Positions 27,189 through 38,947 of a stretch of DNA of 64,000 nucleotides are shown piece by piece (position 1 is the stretch's first letter; the number at the start of each line of letters is the position of its first letter). The translations under genes were made by a program, and so were the position numbers. Below the pieces are notes generated by a model. That model saw only the letters and a program-made list of their open reading frames with translations. It was not told the DNA's origin and searched no databases. This DNA is from an uncultured Rhodospirillaceae bacterium. GTDB taxonomy: Bacteria > Pseudomonadota > Alphaproteobacteria > UBA9219. The stretch is from NCBI GenBank assembly GCA_964517415.1, contig CAZFCA010000003.1, forward strand, positions 24,333 to 88,332. Reading direction: 5' to 3'.

Positions 27189-27854
27189 TCATCCTAACAA
27201 CGTTTCCGCAAAAAATCGGATCGTGTTTCCATTAACCAGACGCGCAACGTCGCGACTGTAGTTTAAATGGCCGGGCCTGGCGAAAAACCGCCCCACGCCC
27301 TGATGAATTTGAGCCCTAATGACAGGGTTCTTTTCCATAAGGCGGATGATCCTCTCACGCACAGGCGACGGGGTCGTCTCGTCCAGCGCCGCAAAATGCA
27401 AAAGCAGCGGCATGCGCACGTCATGCGCCTCGTCGAGATGGTGTTCCAAATCCCTTCCGTAATAAACGACCGTCGAATCGATATCGCTTCGCACAGCCAG
27501 CAAATAGGCCAAAAGCCCCCCGATCCCGTAACCGACCGCCCCTACTCTTCCCACGCATTGCTCGCTTTTGCGCAGAAAAGCCAAGGAAGAAAGAAGGTCG
27601 CGCGCGCCCGCCTCGATATCGAAGCCTTTGGGGATCTGCCCCACCAATTGGATATGCTTTTGCCGCCGGAACAGGTCGGGGCACAAAACGACATATCCCT
27701 TTGCGGCAAAGTCGTCGCAAATCTGACGCATGCTTGTGTCCGCGCCGTATGTGTCGTGAATGACCAGCAATCCCGCCCCCGGGCCTCTGGCGGGCGTGGT
27801 GTAGTAAGCATCCAGAAAATCGCCTTCGAGAGAGGAAATCTTGATATCCGTCAT
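27189..27854 (-). CDS. dienelactone hydrolase family (alpha/beta hydrolase)
   Basis: LLVIHDTYGADTSMRQICDDFAAKGYVVLCPDLF and the nucleophile-elbow GYGIGG. Start trimmed to MTDIKISS. Confidence 0.75.
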   Translation of the reverse strand: MTDIKISSLEGDFLDAYYTTPARGPGAGLLVIHDTYGADTSMRQICDDFAAKGYVVLCPDLFRRQKHIQLVGQIPKGFDIEAGARDLLSSLAFLRKSEQCVGRVGAVGYGIGGLLAYLLAVRSDIDSTVVYYGRDLEHHLDEAHDVRMPLLLHFAALDETTPSPVRERIIRLMEKNPVIRAQIHQGVGRFFARPGHLNYSRDVARLVNGNTIRFFAETLLG

Positions 27855-27963
27855 GATGCGGCTGGGAGATTTCGGCGGGGCAGGAGGGGATATTATCAAT
27901 TTGATTCCTATCCTTAAAGTGTTAATATTTCTTTCATTCTTTTCTCAAAGCACGGTTTTGGCC

Positions 27964-28260
27964 ATGAAAGTCACCTTCAATGTCGAATGCACGCCCGAGG
28001 AGGCGCGCGCTTTTCTGGGACTTCCCGATGTGGCGCCGATGCAAAAGGCGTTGATGTCCGAAATGGAAAATCAGCTCAAGCAAAGCATGCAGGCGATGAC
28101 GCCCGAAGCCCTGTTTACAACATGGCTGCCCGCCAGCATGCAAAACGTCGAGCAGGCGCAAAAGGTTTTCTGGCAGCAGATTCAGGACAATTTCAGCCGT
28201 CTGGCGGAATCGACGACGAATGCCATGATCTCTTTTGCCGACAGCGCCGATAAGAGATAA
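27964..28260 (+). CDS. small hypothetical protein (98 aa)
   Basis: MKVTFNVECTPEEARAFLGLPDVAPMQKALMSEMENQLKQSM... has no family I can name. The GNAT gene starts 3 nt after its stop. Confidence 0.45.
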   Translation: MKVTFNVECTPEEARAFLGLPDVAPMQKALMSEMENQLKQSMQAMTPEALFTTWLPASMQNVEQAQKVFWQQIQDNFSRLAESTTNAMISFADSADKR

Positions 28261-28262
28261 TC

Positions 28263-28823
28263 TTGCCCAAGGTCTTCGCAGAAACCGAGCGTTTGGTTTT
28301 ACGCTCGCTTGAAGAGAGCGACCTGCCCCGCTTGGCGAAGCTGCTGGATGTATGGGAAGTCGTGCGCTGGCTTGTGGTCGTACCCTATCCATATACGCGT
28401 CAAGACGCGCAGGATTTTTATGCTGAAATCAACGATCCCCACGTCGAAGAAATGGAGCAGTTTTTCGCTCTATCCCTAAAAAATGATGACAAGCTGATCG
28501 GCGGCGTCGGCCTGCATCCGCCGCGCGCGATCGATCACGACGACGGCGATGTGGAAATCGGCTATTGGCTTGGCGTCGAATATTGGGGGCGCGGCCTCAT
28601 AACCGAAGCGGCAAAGCGCGTTATGGAAATCGGCTTTTCCTGGCCGTCCACAAAGGCTCTTGTTTCGACGACGGATCCCAAAAACAGGGCCTCACGGCGG
28701 GTTCTCAGCAAACTGGGGCTGCGGGATCTTGGCCTTGTGCCCCGAACCTATCCGACCTTGCGCGGCGGGGACGAGGTGGTTAAATGGCGGCTCACGCGGG
28801 AGGAATGGAAAAGAATGGGCTAG
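28263..28823 (+). CDS. GNAT family N-acetyltransferase (RimJ/RimL-like)
   Basis: Acetyl-CoA binding motif IGYWLGVEYWGRGLITEAAKRVMEIGF. The start at 28263 is TTG, taken as the first codon by the ORF track. Confidence 0.7.
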   Translation: MPKVFAETERLVLRSLEESDLPRLAKLLDVWEVVRWLVVVPYPYTRQDAQDFYAEINDPHVEEMEQFFALSLKNDDKLIGGVGLHPPRAIDHDDGDVEIGYWLGVEYWGRGLITEAAKRVMEIGFSWPSTKALVSTTDPKNRASRRVLSKLGLRDLGLVPRTYPTLRGGDEVVKWRLTREEWKRMG

Positions 28824-28903
28824 GGATGAGGGACTGGGGGCTTGGGAGAAACCTGATGATGAAGTGCCGTTGCACCCTAACTCCAAGCCACTAGCCCCCG
28901 CCC

Positions 28904-30013
28904 CTACCCTTCCTCCATATGAAGCAGCGCGGCGTTGCTAAGCGCGAGCGCGACGGCCGGTATAGCCCATGAGGCCAGAACGACGGGCAGAATTTGATTG
29001 ATGCCCAGGGTGTTGACGACGTTATTAAGCGTATAGACAAAGCTCCCCAAAAAAATGCCGGCCGCGATCATGGCCAGCACGCCCCCGCGCCGATTCATGC
29101 GCAACGCGAATGCCGCTGCAAAAAACACCATGGAGCACAGCAAAATAGGCTGCGATAGCAGATTTTGGAACGCGAGTTCGTGGCGCGTTTGAGGCAAGCC
29201 AATAGCCTTCAAGGCACGAATGAAACGCGGCAGTTCCCAGAAGGAAATGGTGTCCGGCGCCGCCATGCTTTCCTGAATTTTGCTAAGGTTCAGCGGCGTC
29301 GGCAAACGCCATGTCTCGACGGGCAGCGGGTCGTGTTGATCCATGTTGATAATGGCGTTTTCGGCATTCCAAAAGCCGTCTTGCAGCACCGCCTTTGGCG
29401 CATCGACCCGGCCAAGGTAATTGCCGTCGCTATCGTAGATCAACGCCATCAAAGGAAACAGGGTCAAAGGATCCATCTTCACATGATCTGCGTGCAACAG
29501 ATAGCTTTTCCCGCCCTCCTGCTGCCGCAGCCACAGGCCGGCTCCGGTCAATTCCAGCATGGGCGCGCGCGCCAGATAATGCATTTCCAAGGCGCGGTAG
29601 CGCGCGTTCATCATCGCGCCGAGCGGGTTGAGCACCGCGACGTTCAACAACGCGAAGCCCAAAGTGACAAGCAACGCGGGACGCATGAACTGCCACGCCG
29701 ATATGCCGACGGAACGCGCGACCGTCAGTTCTTGGCTGCGCGTAAGTTTCCAGAACGTAAACAGGCCGGAAAATAAAACGACGAACGCCAGAATGCGCTC
29801 GATGGTTTCCGGCAGTTTATAAACGCCCATCTTAAGAATAAGGGCGAAACCCACGTCCTCCTTGCCGCTGGCGCGGCGCATCAATTCCGCAACCTCAAAC
29901 AGAAAAACGATGCCCGACAGGCAAAACAGGAAAACAAGGAACCATAAAAGGTATTGCCTTCCGAAATAGCGTTGCAAGACCCAGCGTTCCTTCATGGCGC
30001 CGCCTTTCGCCAA
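28904..30013 (-). CDS. lptG: LPS export ABC transporter permease LptG
   Basis: YjgP/YjgQ permease family, 369 aa, adjacent to and overlapping lptF. Confidence 0.85.
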   Translation of the reverse strand: MAKGGAMKERWVLQRYFGRQYLLWFLVFLFCLSGIVFLFEVAELMRRASGKEDVGFALILKMGVYKLPETIERILAFVVLFSGLFTFWKLTRSQELTVARSVGISAWQFMRPALLVTLGFALLNVAVLNPLGAMMNARYRALEMHYLARAPMLELTGAGLWLRQQEGGKSYLLHADHVKMDPLTLFPLMALIYDSDGNYLGRVDAPKAVLQDGFWNAENAIINMDQHDPLPVETWRLPTPLNLSKIQESMAAPDTISFWELPRFIRALKAIGLPQTRHELAFQNLLSQPILLCSMVFFAAAFALRMNRRGGVLAMIAAGIFLGSFVYTLNNVVNTLGINQILPVVLASWAIPAVALALSNAALLHMEEG

Positions 30014-31137
30014 AAGCCGCGCCCGAAGCGCGACAGAAGCGGAGTCGCCCGCATGAAATCAAGACTCAGCAGCCCCGCGCCGAAAAGGCCAGGGAGAAGC
30101 GCCATCATATAAAGCGCGATGGTCAAACGGTCGTCCCTGAGCGCCATGCCGTTTAACGTCATGAAGCCCGTCTGCATGATAATCATCGCGACAGCGCAGA
30201 ACAGGATGCGCCCCGTCATGCCCCGACGGTTGTAGGTTCCAACCAAAATCGTCGCCAAGCCTATCATGGCGTAGGAAAAAGACAAAAACGGCGTTGCCAA
30301 CCGAGAATGCAGCTCGCCGCGAAAACGCGACATCGGCCCCCGCGCCCTCAAAAGGTCTGGCGCGGGATTCAAAAGCTCCGAAACGCGCAATTCGCGCGGA
30401 TCTGGAAAACGTTGCTTGGCCGTATTGCGCAACGCGCTAAGATCCAAAACGTATTGATCAAAGGCAAGTTCGGAAAGCCGGTTCGTCGCGCGGTCGAATT
30501 CCTGCCTTCTGCCGTTGTAAATAAGCATGCGCGGATCCCCGTCCGCGTCGACAAGCTGCCCCGATGCGGCCATGGTCGTGACGACCCGCTCTGGATGCCG
30601 CACGTCGTGGATCAGAATCCCTTGCAGCGATCCGCCCGGGCCCCGGCGGTTGGCGTAGAACGTCAGGCCGTCAGTCAGGTCGTTGAAACTGCCCGGGTGG
30701 GCAAGAAAGACGGCATAGCTTCCTCGCATCTGGTATTGCATGGAGACCAATTGGCGGCTTGCCAGAGGGGTAAGCCACAAAGTCAATCCCGCGCATACGG
30801 CGACCACAAGACAGGAAAAAGCCGCCACAGGCGCGATGAGCCCCATCGGGCTCATGCCCGTGGCGCGCATGACGACAAGCTCGGAATCCGTCGCCAGCCG
30901 ATTATAGATAAAAACAATCGCCACGCCGAGAGCCAACGGCATTATAAGCGGCAGAAACATCAGCGCCGATAAGAGCATCAACTGAAGAAAAATTGCCATG
31001 GTCGAGGAATTTTCGATCACGAGCGACAGCAGCCGGAAAGACTGGGTAAACAGAACCACGAAAGTCACGCCGACGCTTGCGAAGGCGAAAGCCGTCGCGA
31101 TTTGCCGCAAAAGATAGAGCGTAAACAGGCGGTTCAT
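29992..31137 (-). CDS. lptF: LPS export ABC transporter permease LptF
   Basis: YjgP/YjgQ permease family starting MNRLFTLYLLRQI. Divergent from pepA, as in many alphaproteobacteria. Confidence 0.85.
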   Translation of the reverse strand: MNRLFTLYLLRQIATAFAFASVGVTFVVLFTQSFRLLSLVIENSSTMAIFLQLMLLSALMFLPLIMPLALGVAIVFIYNRLATDSELVVMRATGMSPMGLIAPVAAFSCLVVAVCAGLTLWLTPLASRQLVSMQYQMRGSYAVFLAHPGSFNDLTDGLTFYANRRGPGGSLQGILIHDVRHPERVVTTMAASGQLVDADGDPRMLIYNGRRQEFDRATNRLSELAFDQYVLDLSALRNTAKQRFPDPRELRVSELLNPAPDLLRARGPMSRFRGELHSRLATPFLSFSYAMIGLATILVGTYNRRGMTGRILFCAVAMIIMQTGFMTLNGMALRDDRLTIALYMMALLPGLFGAGLLSLDFMRATPLLSRFGRGFWRKAAP

Positions 31138-31259
31138 GGAGAAATCATCACCTTATCAACAGGCTTTCGGGGCGCAAATGCCCGCCAGACAAGCAAATAC
31201 TGGACAACTTTTATCTAACGCGTCTATTCTGAAAAAGCAATGAAACGAGGGAGCTTATA

Positions 31260-32756
31260 ATGCTGAAAATTACTTTTACGCCCGATGTCCTGCCCGCGAA
31301 GGACGCTCTGATTTTAACGGTCGCCGCGAAAAAGAAGCTTGGCGAAGCAGGGAAAAAGATCGACCGGAAGTGGGGCCATGCGCTCTCCCGCGCCATGGAG
31401 ACCAATCATTTTTCCGGCGCCAAGGAGGAAACTTTAACCATCCTTTCCCCTGCGAAAACGAAATTATCGCGCATCGTTCTTGTCGGGATCGGCGACGAAA
31501 CAGCCGCCGATGCGAACGTCTTCGCGCGCATAGGCGCGGCGGCGGCGGCGGCGATGAAAGGGAAAGAGCACCATGCCGTTCTTTTCATCGATGCGTTTAA
31601 GGAACTGAATATCTCGCCCGCCGAAGCGGCCGCACAGGCTGGGCTTGGGGCGCGTTTGCGTTCTTACCGCTTCGACAGATACAAAACGAAAGAGAAGCCC
31701 GAGCAAAAGCAAGCCTTGACCGCGCTGGCCATCGCCACAAAGGAATATGCCGCCGCGCGCAAGATTTACCCCGCGCTTGATAGAATTGCGGAAGGCGTTT
31801 CCTTTGCCCGCGACCTTATCAGCGAACCGCCGAACGTCCTTTATCCCGAAACGTTGGCTCAGCACGCGCTGGCTCTTTCGGAGGATGGGGTTAAGGTCGT
31901 TATCCTTGACGAAGCGCAGATGAAAAAGCAGGGCATGAACGCACTTTTGGCCGTCGCGCAGGGCAGCATGCATGCGCCTCGCTTGGTCAGTTTACTGTGG
32001 CAGGGTAATCCTGCCGACAAAACACCGCCCGTTTGTTTCGTTGGCAAGGGCATTACCTTTGATTCGGGCGGCATATCCCTTAAGCCTGGCGCGGACATGG
32101 ATAAAATGAAATACGACATGGCGGGCGCGGCGACGGTGATGGGTTTGATCAAGGCGCTGGCGGAACGCAAAGCCAAAGCAAACGTCGTCGGCGTCGTCGG
32201 GCTTGCGGAAAATATGCCCTCCGGTTCGGCGCAACGCCCGGGCGATATCGTCAAATCGGCTTCGGGGCAGACAATCGAGATCCTCAACACCGATGCGGAA
32301 GGACGCTTGGTATTGGCCGATGCCTTATGGTACGCGCAGGAAACCTTCAAGCCGCGCTGCATCGTCGATCTGGCGACGCTGACGGGCGCCATCGCCATCG
32401 CTTTAGGCCATGAATACGCCGGTCTTTTCAGCAACGACGATACGCTGGCCGAAAACCTGACAAAGGCGGGCAAGGCGGTGGAGGAAAATCTTTGGCGTTT
32501 TCCGATGGGCGACGCTTATGATAAGATGATCGACAGCACGGTGGCCGATATGAAAAACGTGGGCGAGCGCCACGGCGGCAGCATCACAGGCGCTCAATTC
32601 CTGCAACGCTTCGTCAAAAAAGGAACGCCTTGGGCGCATATCGACATCGCGGGCGTGGCTTGGCAGGACAAAAACCGGCCTCTTTCACCCAAGGGCGCGA
32701 CGGCATTCGGCGTGCGGCTGCTCGACCGCTTCCTCGCGGAAAATTTCGAGGCTTAG
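31260..32756 (+). CDS. pepA: leucyl aminopeptidase
   Basis: M17 signature NTDAEGRLVLADAL and metal ligands in VGKGITFDSGG. Confidence 0.9.
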   Translation: MLKITFTPDVLPAKDALILTVAAKKKLGEAGKKIDRKWGHALSRAMETNHFSGAKEETLTILSPAKTKLSRIVLVGIGDETAADANVFARIGAAAAAAMKGKEHHAVLFIDAFKELNISPAEAAAQAGLGARLRSYRFDRYKTKEKPEQKQALTALAIATKEYAAARKIYPALDRIAEGVSFARDLISEPPNVLYPETLAQHALALSEDGVKVVILDEAQMKKQGMNALLAVAQGSMHAPRLVSLLWQGNPADKTPPVCFVGKGITFDSGGISLKPGADMDKMKYDMAGAATVMGLIKALAERKAKANVVGVVGLAENMPSGSAQRPGDIVKSASGQTIEILNTDAEGRLVLADALWYAQETFKPRCIVDLATLTGAIAIALGHEYAGLFSNDDTLAENLTKAGKAVEENLWRFPMGDAYDKMIDSTVADMKNVGERHGGSITGAQFLQRFVKKGTPWAHIDIAGVAWQDKNRPLSPKGATAFGVRLLDRFLAENFEA

Positions 32757-32768
32757 GGACTTATAACC

Positions 32769-32936
32769 AACGATACAAAGAAATGAGTTGCTTGGGTCAC
32801 GAGCGGTTGCGGGGAGCTTATCGCTCGCTGGACTTTTTAAGCCCTTGGAACCATGGTGACGCCCAGCAAGCGATAAGCGAGGCGCAGAGCGAGTAAAGTC
32901 ACGCGGCGTAGATATATTCATTGGTCGTTTGGTATT
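32769..32936 (+). repeat. MITE-like dispersed repeat, full copy C (about 168 bp)
   Basis: 5' TIR ACCAACGATACAAAGAAATGA, core GGGTCACGAGCGGTTGCGGGGAGC, then GCGAGGCGCAGAGCGAGTAAAGTC, then 3' TIR ATATATTCATTGGTCGTTTGGTAT. Confidence 0.7.
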
Positions 32937-34278
32937 ACTGCTCAACCGTGAGGCAGCTTTTGCTGCGTTGGACGAGATAAGAGCACACGTTCTGCGCCGT
33001 TTCGCGGTCAAGGGAAACGAAGCGCGCGCGATACAAGGTCGTGCTGCCTGTCGATACTTCCTGAACCTGCGCTTCGGCATGGCGCGGCAAAAGAGCGATG
33101 CTGGAGCGAAGCGACGCCAAAGCCTGTTTCCCAACGGTAGGATTGCTGTACGCGCCTATCTGAACGCCCCAGTTTCCTTTAGCCGAAGCGCCGACATCGC
33201 TTTGCGGGGCGGCCGATTTTGGCGAAGGAGGCAGCGCGGCATGCGAATGCGCCGCGCCGACTGGCGGGAAAACGGCCGCGACCTTGGCAGGCAAGGGAAT
33301 GTCGCCGACGGTTTCCTCGTCCGTGTCGCCTTCGCCTTTGACCTGGGCAATGCGGCTATATTGGGTTTCCGAAGATTCAAACGCGGCGTCCAGCAATTGC
33401 GCCATTTGATTGTCGCGCGCGACGGCCGATGTGCCACCCATGACGACGCCGATCAGGCGGGTATCACCCCGCTTGACAGAAGACACCAGATTAAACCCCG
33501 AAGCGCGAATATAGCCCGTTTTAATGCCGTCCATCCCCTCGTAGCGTTCCATCAGGTGATTGTGATTGCGATGGAATCTTCCGGCATAGGTGAAACTTTC
33601 GGCCCGGAAATAAGGATAGAATTTCGGATAATGGTTGATCAGCGCGGCGCCGAGAATGGCCATGTCGCGCGCCGAGGTGACTTGGTCGGGATCGGGAAGG
33701 CCGGACGGATTCTGAAAGCGCGTTTGGGTCATGCCCAAGGCGCGGGCTTGACGCGTCATCAGGGCGGCGAAGCCCGCCTCGCTGCCGCCCAGAGACTCCC
33801 CAAGAACGACGGCGGCGTCGTTGGCGGATTCCGTCACGACGCCCCGAATAGCGTCGTCCACCCGAATGCGCTGCCCCGCCCGCAAGCCGAGTTTCGAGGG
33901 CGACTGGTAGGACGCGTTTTGCGAAACGGACAAATATTGGCCAAGGCTGATACGCCCCGCCTCCAAGGCCTGAAAGGTGATGTAAAGCGTCATCATTTTC
34001 GTCAATGACGCCGGATGGCGCAACTCGCTGGCGGCGACCGCATGAAGAATGCGTCCCGTCCGGGCATCGATAACGATATCGGCGTAGTCGGGGCGCCAAC
34101 GCGAGACCGGCGCGGCCTGCCGCTGCGGGCGAGACTTGGCTAAAGGACGAGTATAGCTGCGGGAAACGTGGGGGCGCGCATTCTTGTGCGTGTTCTTCTG
34201 CACCTTCATGGCGAGGGCATCGGGCGAAAAAAGAAGGAACGCCAAGGCAATAAATAGAAAAGTTTTTCCGATCTTCAT
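32935..34278 (-). CDS. D-alanyl-D-alanine carboxypeptidase (PBP5/6 class, serine type) with a C-terminal SPOR domain
   Basis: Active-site SLTK, SxN-type motif, and KTG in DGIKTGYIRASGFN. The C-terminal ~80 aa (GVQIGAYSNPTVGKQALASL...LYRARFVSL) form a SPOR domain. Start trimmed to the signal-peptide Met MKIGKTFLFIALAFLL. Confidence 0.85.
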   Translation of the reverse strand: MKIGKTFLFIALAFLLFSPDALAMKVQKNTHKNARPHVSRSYTRPLAKSRPQRQAAPVSRWRPDYADIVIDARTGRILHAVAASELRHPASLTKMMTLYITFQALEAGRISLGQYLSVSQNASYQSPSKLGLRAGQRIRVDDAIRGVVTESANDAAVVLGESLGGSEAGFAALMTRQARALGMTQTRFQNPSGLPDPDQVTSARDMAILGAALINHYPKFYPYFRAESFTYAGRFHRNHNHLMERYEGMDGIKTGYIRASGFNLVSSVKRGDTRLIGVVMGGTSAVARDNQMAQLLDAAFESSETQYSRIAQVKGEGDTDEETVGDIPLPAKVAAVFPPVGAAHSHAALPPSPKSAAPQSDVGASAKGNWGVQIGAYSNPTVGKQALASLRSSIALLPRHAEAQVQEVSTGSTTLYRARFVSLDRETAQNVCSYLVQRSKSCLTVEQ

Positions 34279-34490
34279 TCTCAAGCCATCGTGTTCAACG
34301 ATTCGAACGGGAATTCCATAAGAATCCTTGCCGGCACGGAATGCAAGGATATTTATGAAAAACGACCCCAAAAATTGAACTGCTGGACTTCTTTTCTCAT
34401 AACGCTAACTTGTTAAATAAGTCTGAATCATTCAGGGTATTATCAATGCGATTTTCATTCTAACCCCTGCGAAGAGGAAAGGGTTTTACC

Positions 34491-34712
34491 ATGAACAAAA
34501 ACATGCGCGAGTGCGAGCGCGTTGCCCGCGTCGTTCTGGGGCTTTTGATCGCGTCGCTGGCTTTTTGGGGTCCCGCCAATCCGTGGTATCTTTTGGGGCT
34601 GCTTCTTGTCTTGTCGGGCGCTTTGGGATACTGCCCCTTGTATCGCAAGATGGGCGTTAACAAAACATGCGACGCCGGATCTTGCTGCTGCAAGAAGGAC
34701 AAGACTGAATAA
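34491..34712 (+). CDS. DUF2892-family small inner-membrane protein (YgaP-like TM domain)
   Basis: 73 aa with two TM helices and the GYCPLY motif characteristic of DUF2892. Confidence 0.6.
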   Translation: MNKNMRECERVARVVLGLLIASLAFWGPANPWYLLGLLLVLSGALGYCPLYRKMGVNKTCDAGSCCCKKDKTE

Positions 34713-34715
34713 TAT

Positions 34716-37052
<2,337 letters not shown>

Positions 37053-37241
37053 TGCTGTGTCTAATCCCAACGAAAAGCTGTATATAAAGGATTTATCGGG
37101 CTGGTCAAAGGTGTCTGTTGATTAAATGAAAGCGAAGAATCGCCGCCTTTTTCTCCCCGAAGATGTCTATATGGAGTTTTTTTTAGGAATTTCAAGGCTA
37201 TAAACGCGAATTAAAGATTTTCATCATTAATTGTTGCGCTT

Positions 37242-37889
37242 TCAACAGGAATAAAGCGACCTCTTAACACTCCCCGACAATAGTTCGATATAATCCTCGG
37301 CAGGTATCCTTTTACCATAAAGAAGGGATAAAAAAGCCAGACTGGCAAGCATAAAAGGAATCCAAGGGCAACACACTGATTTGCCGCGCATAAAAAACCT
37401 CCATGCAATCAAACCGATGATAGCACCCGCAAGAAGGCCGGAAACGACATCCCCAAAGGTGTGGTAACCCAAAAGAATGCGGGAGGCGGATATCAGGGCG
37501 ACAATGGGAAAAACGATCATCGGCGGAACGAACCGCCGCCAGCCTTGAAGCGAAGAGGATACAAAAAAGCCGAAAAGGCCATAAGCAACAAGCGACAGGG
37601 CACTGTGCCCGCTTGGGGAATGCAAAGTCAAAGGCATTTCACCCAGGCTGCAATGGCTATAAATAAAAAATTTCCCCAGCGCGATGCATACTCCTGTGGC
37701 AACATAACTTACGACAAGCGTCAAAAAGGCAGGCCTTTGCTTATAATAAAACAAATAAAGCGCCAACGCGGAAGCAAAGCCGAACGTAACCGCGCTATCG
37801 CCAAGATTGGTAAAAGCCTGAAATGTTTGGTCGTTTATCATCGCTTGCTTATAGAACAAGGCACAAAAAGGGAAACAATCGAAAGACAA
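37242..37889 (-). CDS. PAP2-superfamily (phosphatidic acid phosphatase type 2-like) membrane protein
   Basis: PAP2 motifs PSGHS and SRILLGYHTFGDV (SR...H...D) within a 6-TM protein. Confidence 0.7.
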   Translation of the reverse strand: MSFDCFPFCALFYKQAMINDQTFQAFTNLGDSAVTFGFASALALYLFYYKQRPAFLTLVVSYVATGVCIALGKFFIYSHCSLGEMPLTLHSPSGHSALSLVAYGLFGFFVSSSLQGWRRFVPPMIVFPIVALISASRILLGYHTFGDVVSGLLAGAIIGLIAWRFFMRGKSVCCPWIPFMLASLAFLSLLYGKRIPAEDYIELLSGSVKRSLYSC

Positions 37890-37963
37890 AATCGAATCAT
37901 TGATTTTTGAAGCGGTTAGTGGTCTTTTCGCGTTAACTTATTCTTAACGAAGGGTTCAGTGTC

Positions 37964-38902
37964 GTGAACGAGAAGTTTGCCGAACTGGGAAGCCCCCGGC
38001 GGATATGGGCTGTGGCAGCTATTCATGGGGATGTGGAGCGTCTATCCACCCTTCACGATCATTTGGCGGGCCGTTTTTCCGTTCGCGACCGTCTTGTTTA
38101 TCTGGGCAATTATCTTGGGGTCGAATCGCGCCATAATGCGGCGGTTCTTGAAGAAATTTTGCTCTTTCGTTCGGCGCTGTTGTGTAAAATCGGCGTTGAG
38201 GCTTCAGACATTTCCTATCTGCGCGGGCCCGCCGAGGAAGCATGGCAACGCCTTCTGCGCCTGCAATTCGCGCCCTTGCCGCATCAAATGCTGGAAAAAC
38301 TTTTGCTTTCGGGCGTGGAATCCTATTTGCGGCTTTACGGCATCAGCGTTACGGATACGCGATCCGTTGCCCGCGCAGGGAGCCTTACCATCACCCGCTG
38401 GACCAATCATCTGCGTTCGCTTCAGCGCACATCACCCGGGCACGAAAAACTGATGTTCACGATGCGCCGCGCCGCGTTCGCCAATCCCGACGCCGAACAA
38501 AAGCGCCTGCTTTTCGTTCCCGCAGGTTTCGATCCGACGCGTTCCATAGACGATCAGGGCGAGGCGCTGTGGTGGACATCCGTGCCGTTCCATGTTTCGG
38601 GGCGCGCGGCGAATATTTATAATCGCATCGTGCGCGGCTTCGATTCCGTCAACGGCGGCGCGGATCTGGACGATCTCGCCGTCACGCTGGACGGCGGCTG
38701 CGGGCGCGGCGGACCTTTGGTTTGCGGCTGCTTTACGCCTTCGGGAAAATTGACCGAGCTTGTAGTCGTCGGCGGGCGCGGCGCCATCGAAAACGTGCCC
38801 TACGAACGCGAAGCGGCTAACGACATGCATGACGAAGAAATGGCGATGGCGAACCCCGTCAGCATCAGCGGCACCGACCTCTTCCAAGCCGCGAATATAT
38901 AA
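37964..38902 (+). CDS. PPP-family (calcineurin-like) phosphoesterase homologue with all canonical metal-binding motifs substituted (predicted pseudophosphatase)
   Basis: Aligns to lambda-PPase/ApaH motifs, but GDxHG becomes AAIHG, GDxVDRG becomes GNYLGVE and GNHE becomes GPAE. The C-terminus is Gly/Cys-rich (DGGCGRGGPLVCGCF). Confidence 0.5.
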   Translation: MNEKFAELGSPRRIWAVAAIHGDVERLSTLHDHLAGRFSVRDRLVYLGNYLGVESRHNAAVLEEILLFRSALLCKIGVEASDISYLRGPAEEAWQRLLRLQFAPLPHQMLEKLLLSGVESYLRLYGISVTDTRSVARAGSLTITRWTNHLRSLQRTSPGHEKLMFTMRRAAFANPDAEQKRLLFVPAGFDPTRSIDDQGEALWWTSVPFHVSGRAANIYNRIVRGFDSVNGGADLDDLAVTLDGGCGRGGPLVCGCFTPSGKLTELVVVGGRGAIENVPYEREAANDMHDEEMAMANPVSISGTDLFQAANI

Positions 38903-38904
38903 AA

Positions 38905-38945
38905 AACAGGGCATCGATTTTTCTGATCCCTGTTTCCTGCTTTCT
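38905..38945. terminator. bidirectional hairpin terminator between convergent genes
   Basis: AACAGGG...CCCTGTT stem followed by a T-rich tract. Confidence 0.5.
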
Positions 38946-38947
38946 GC

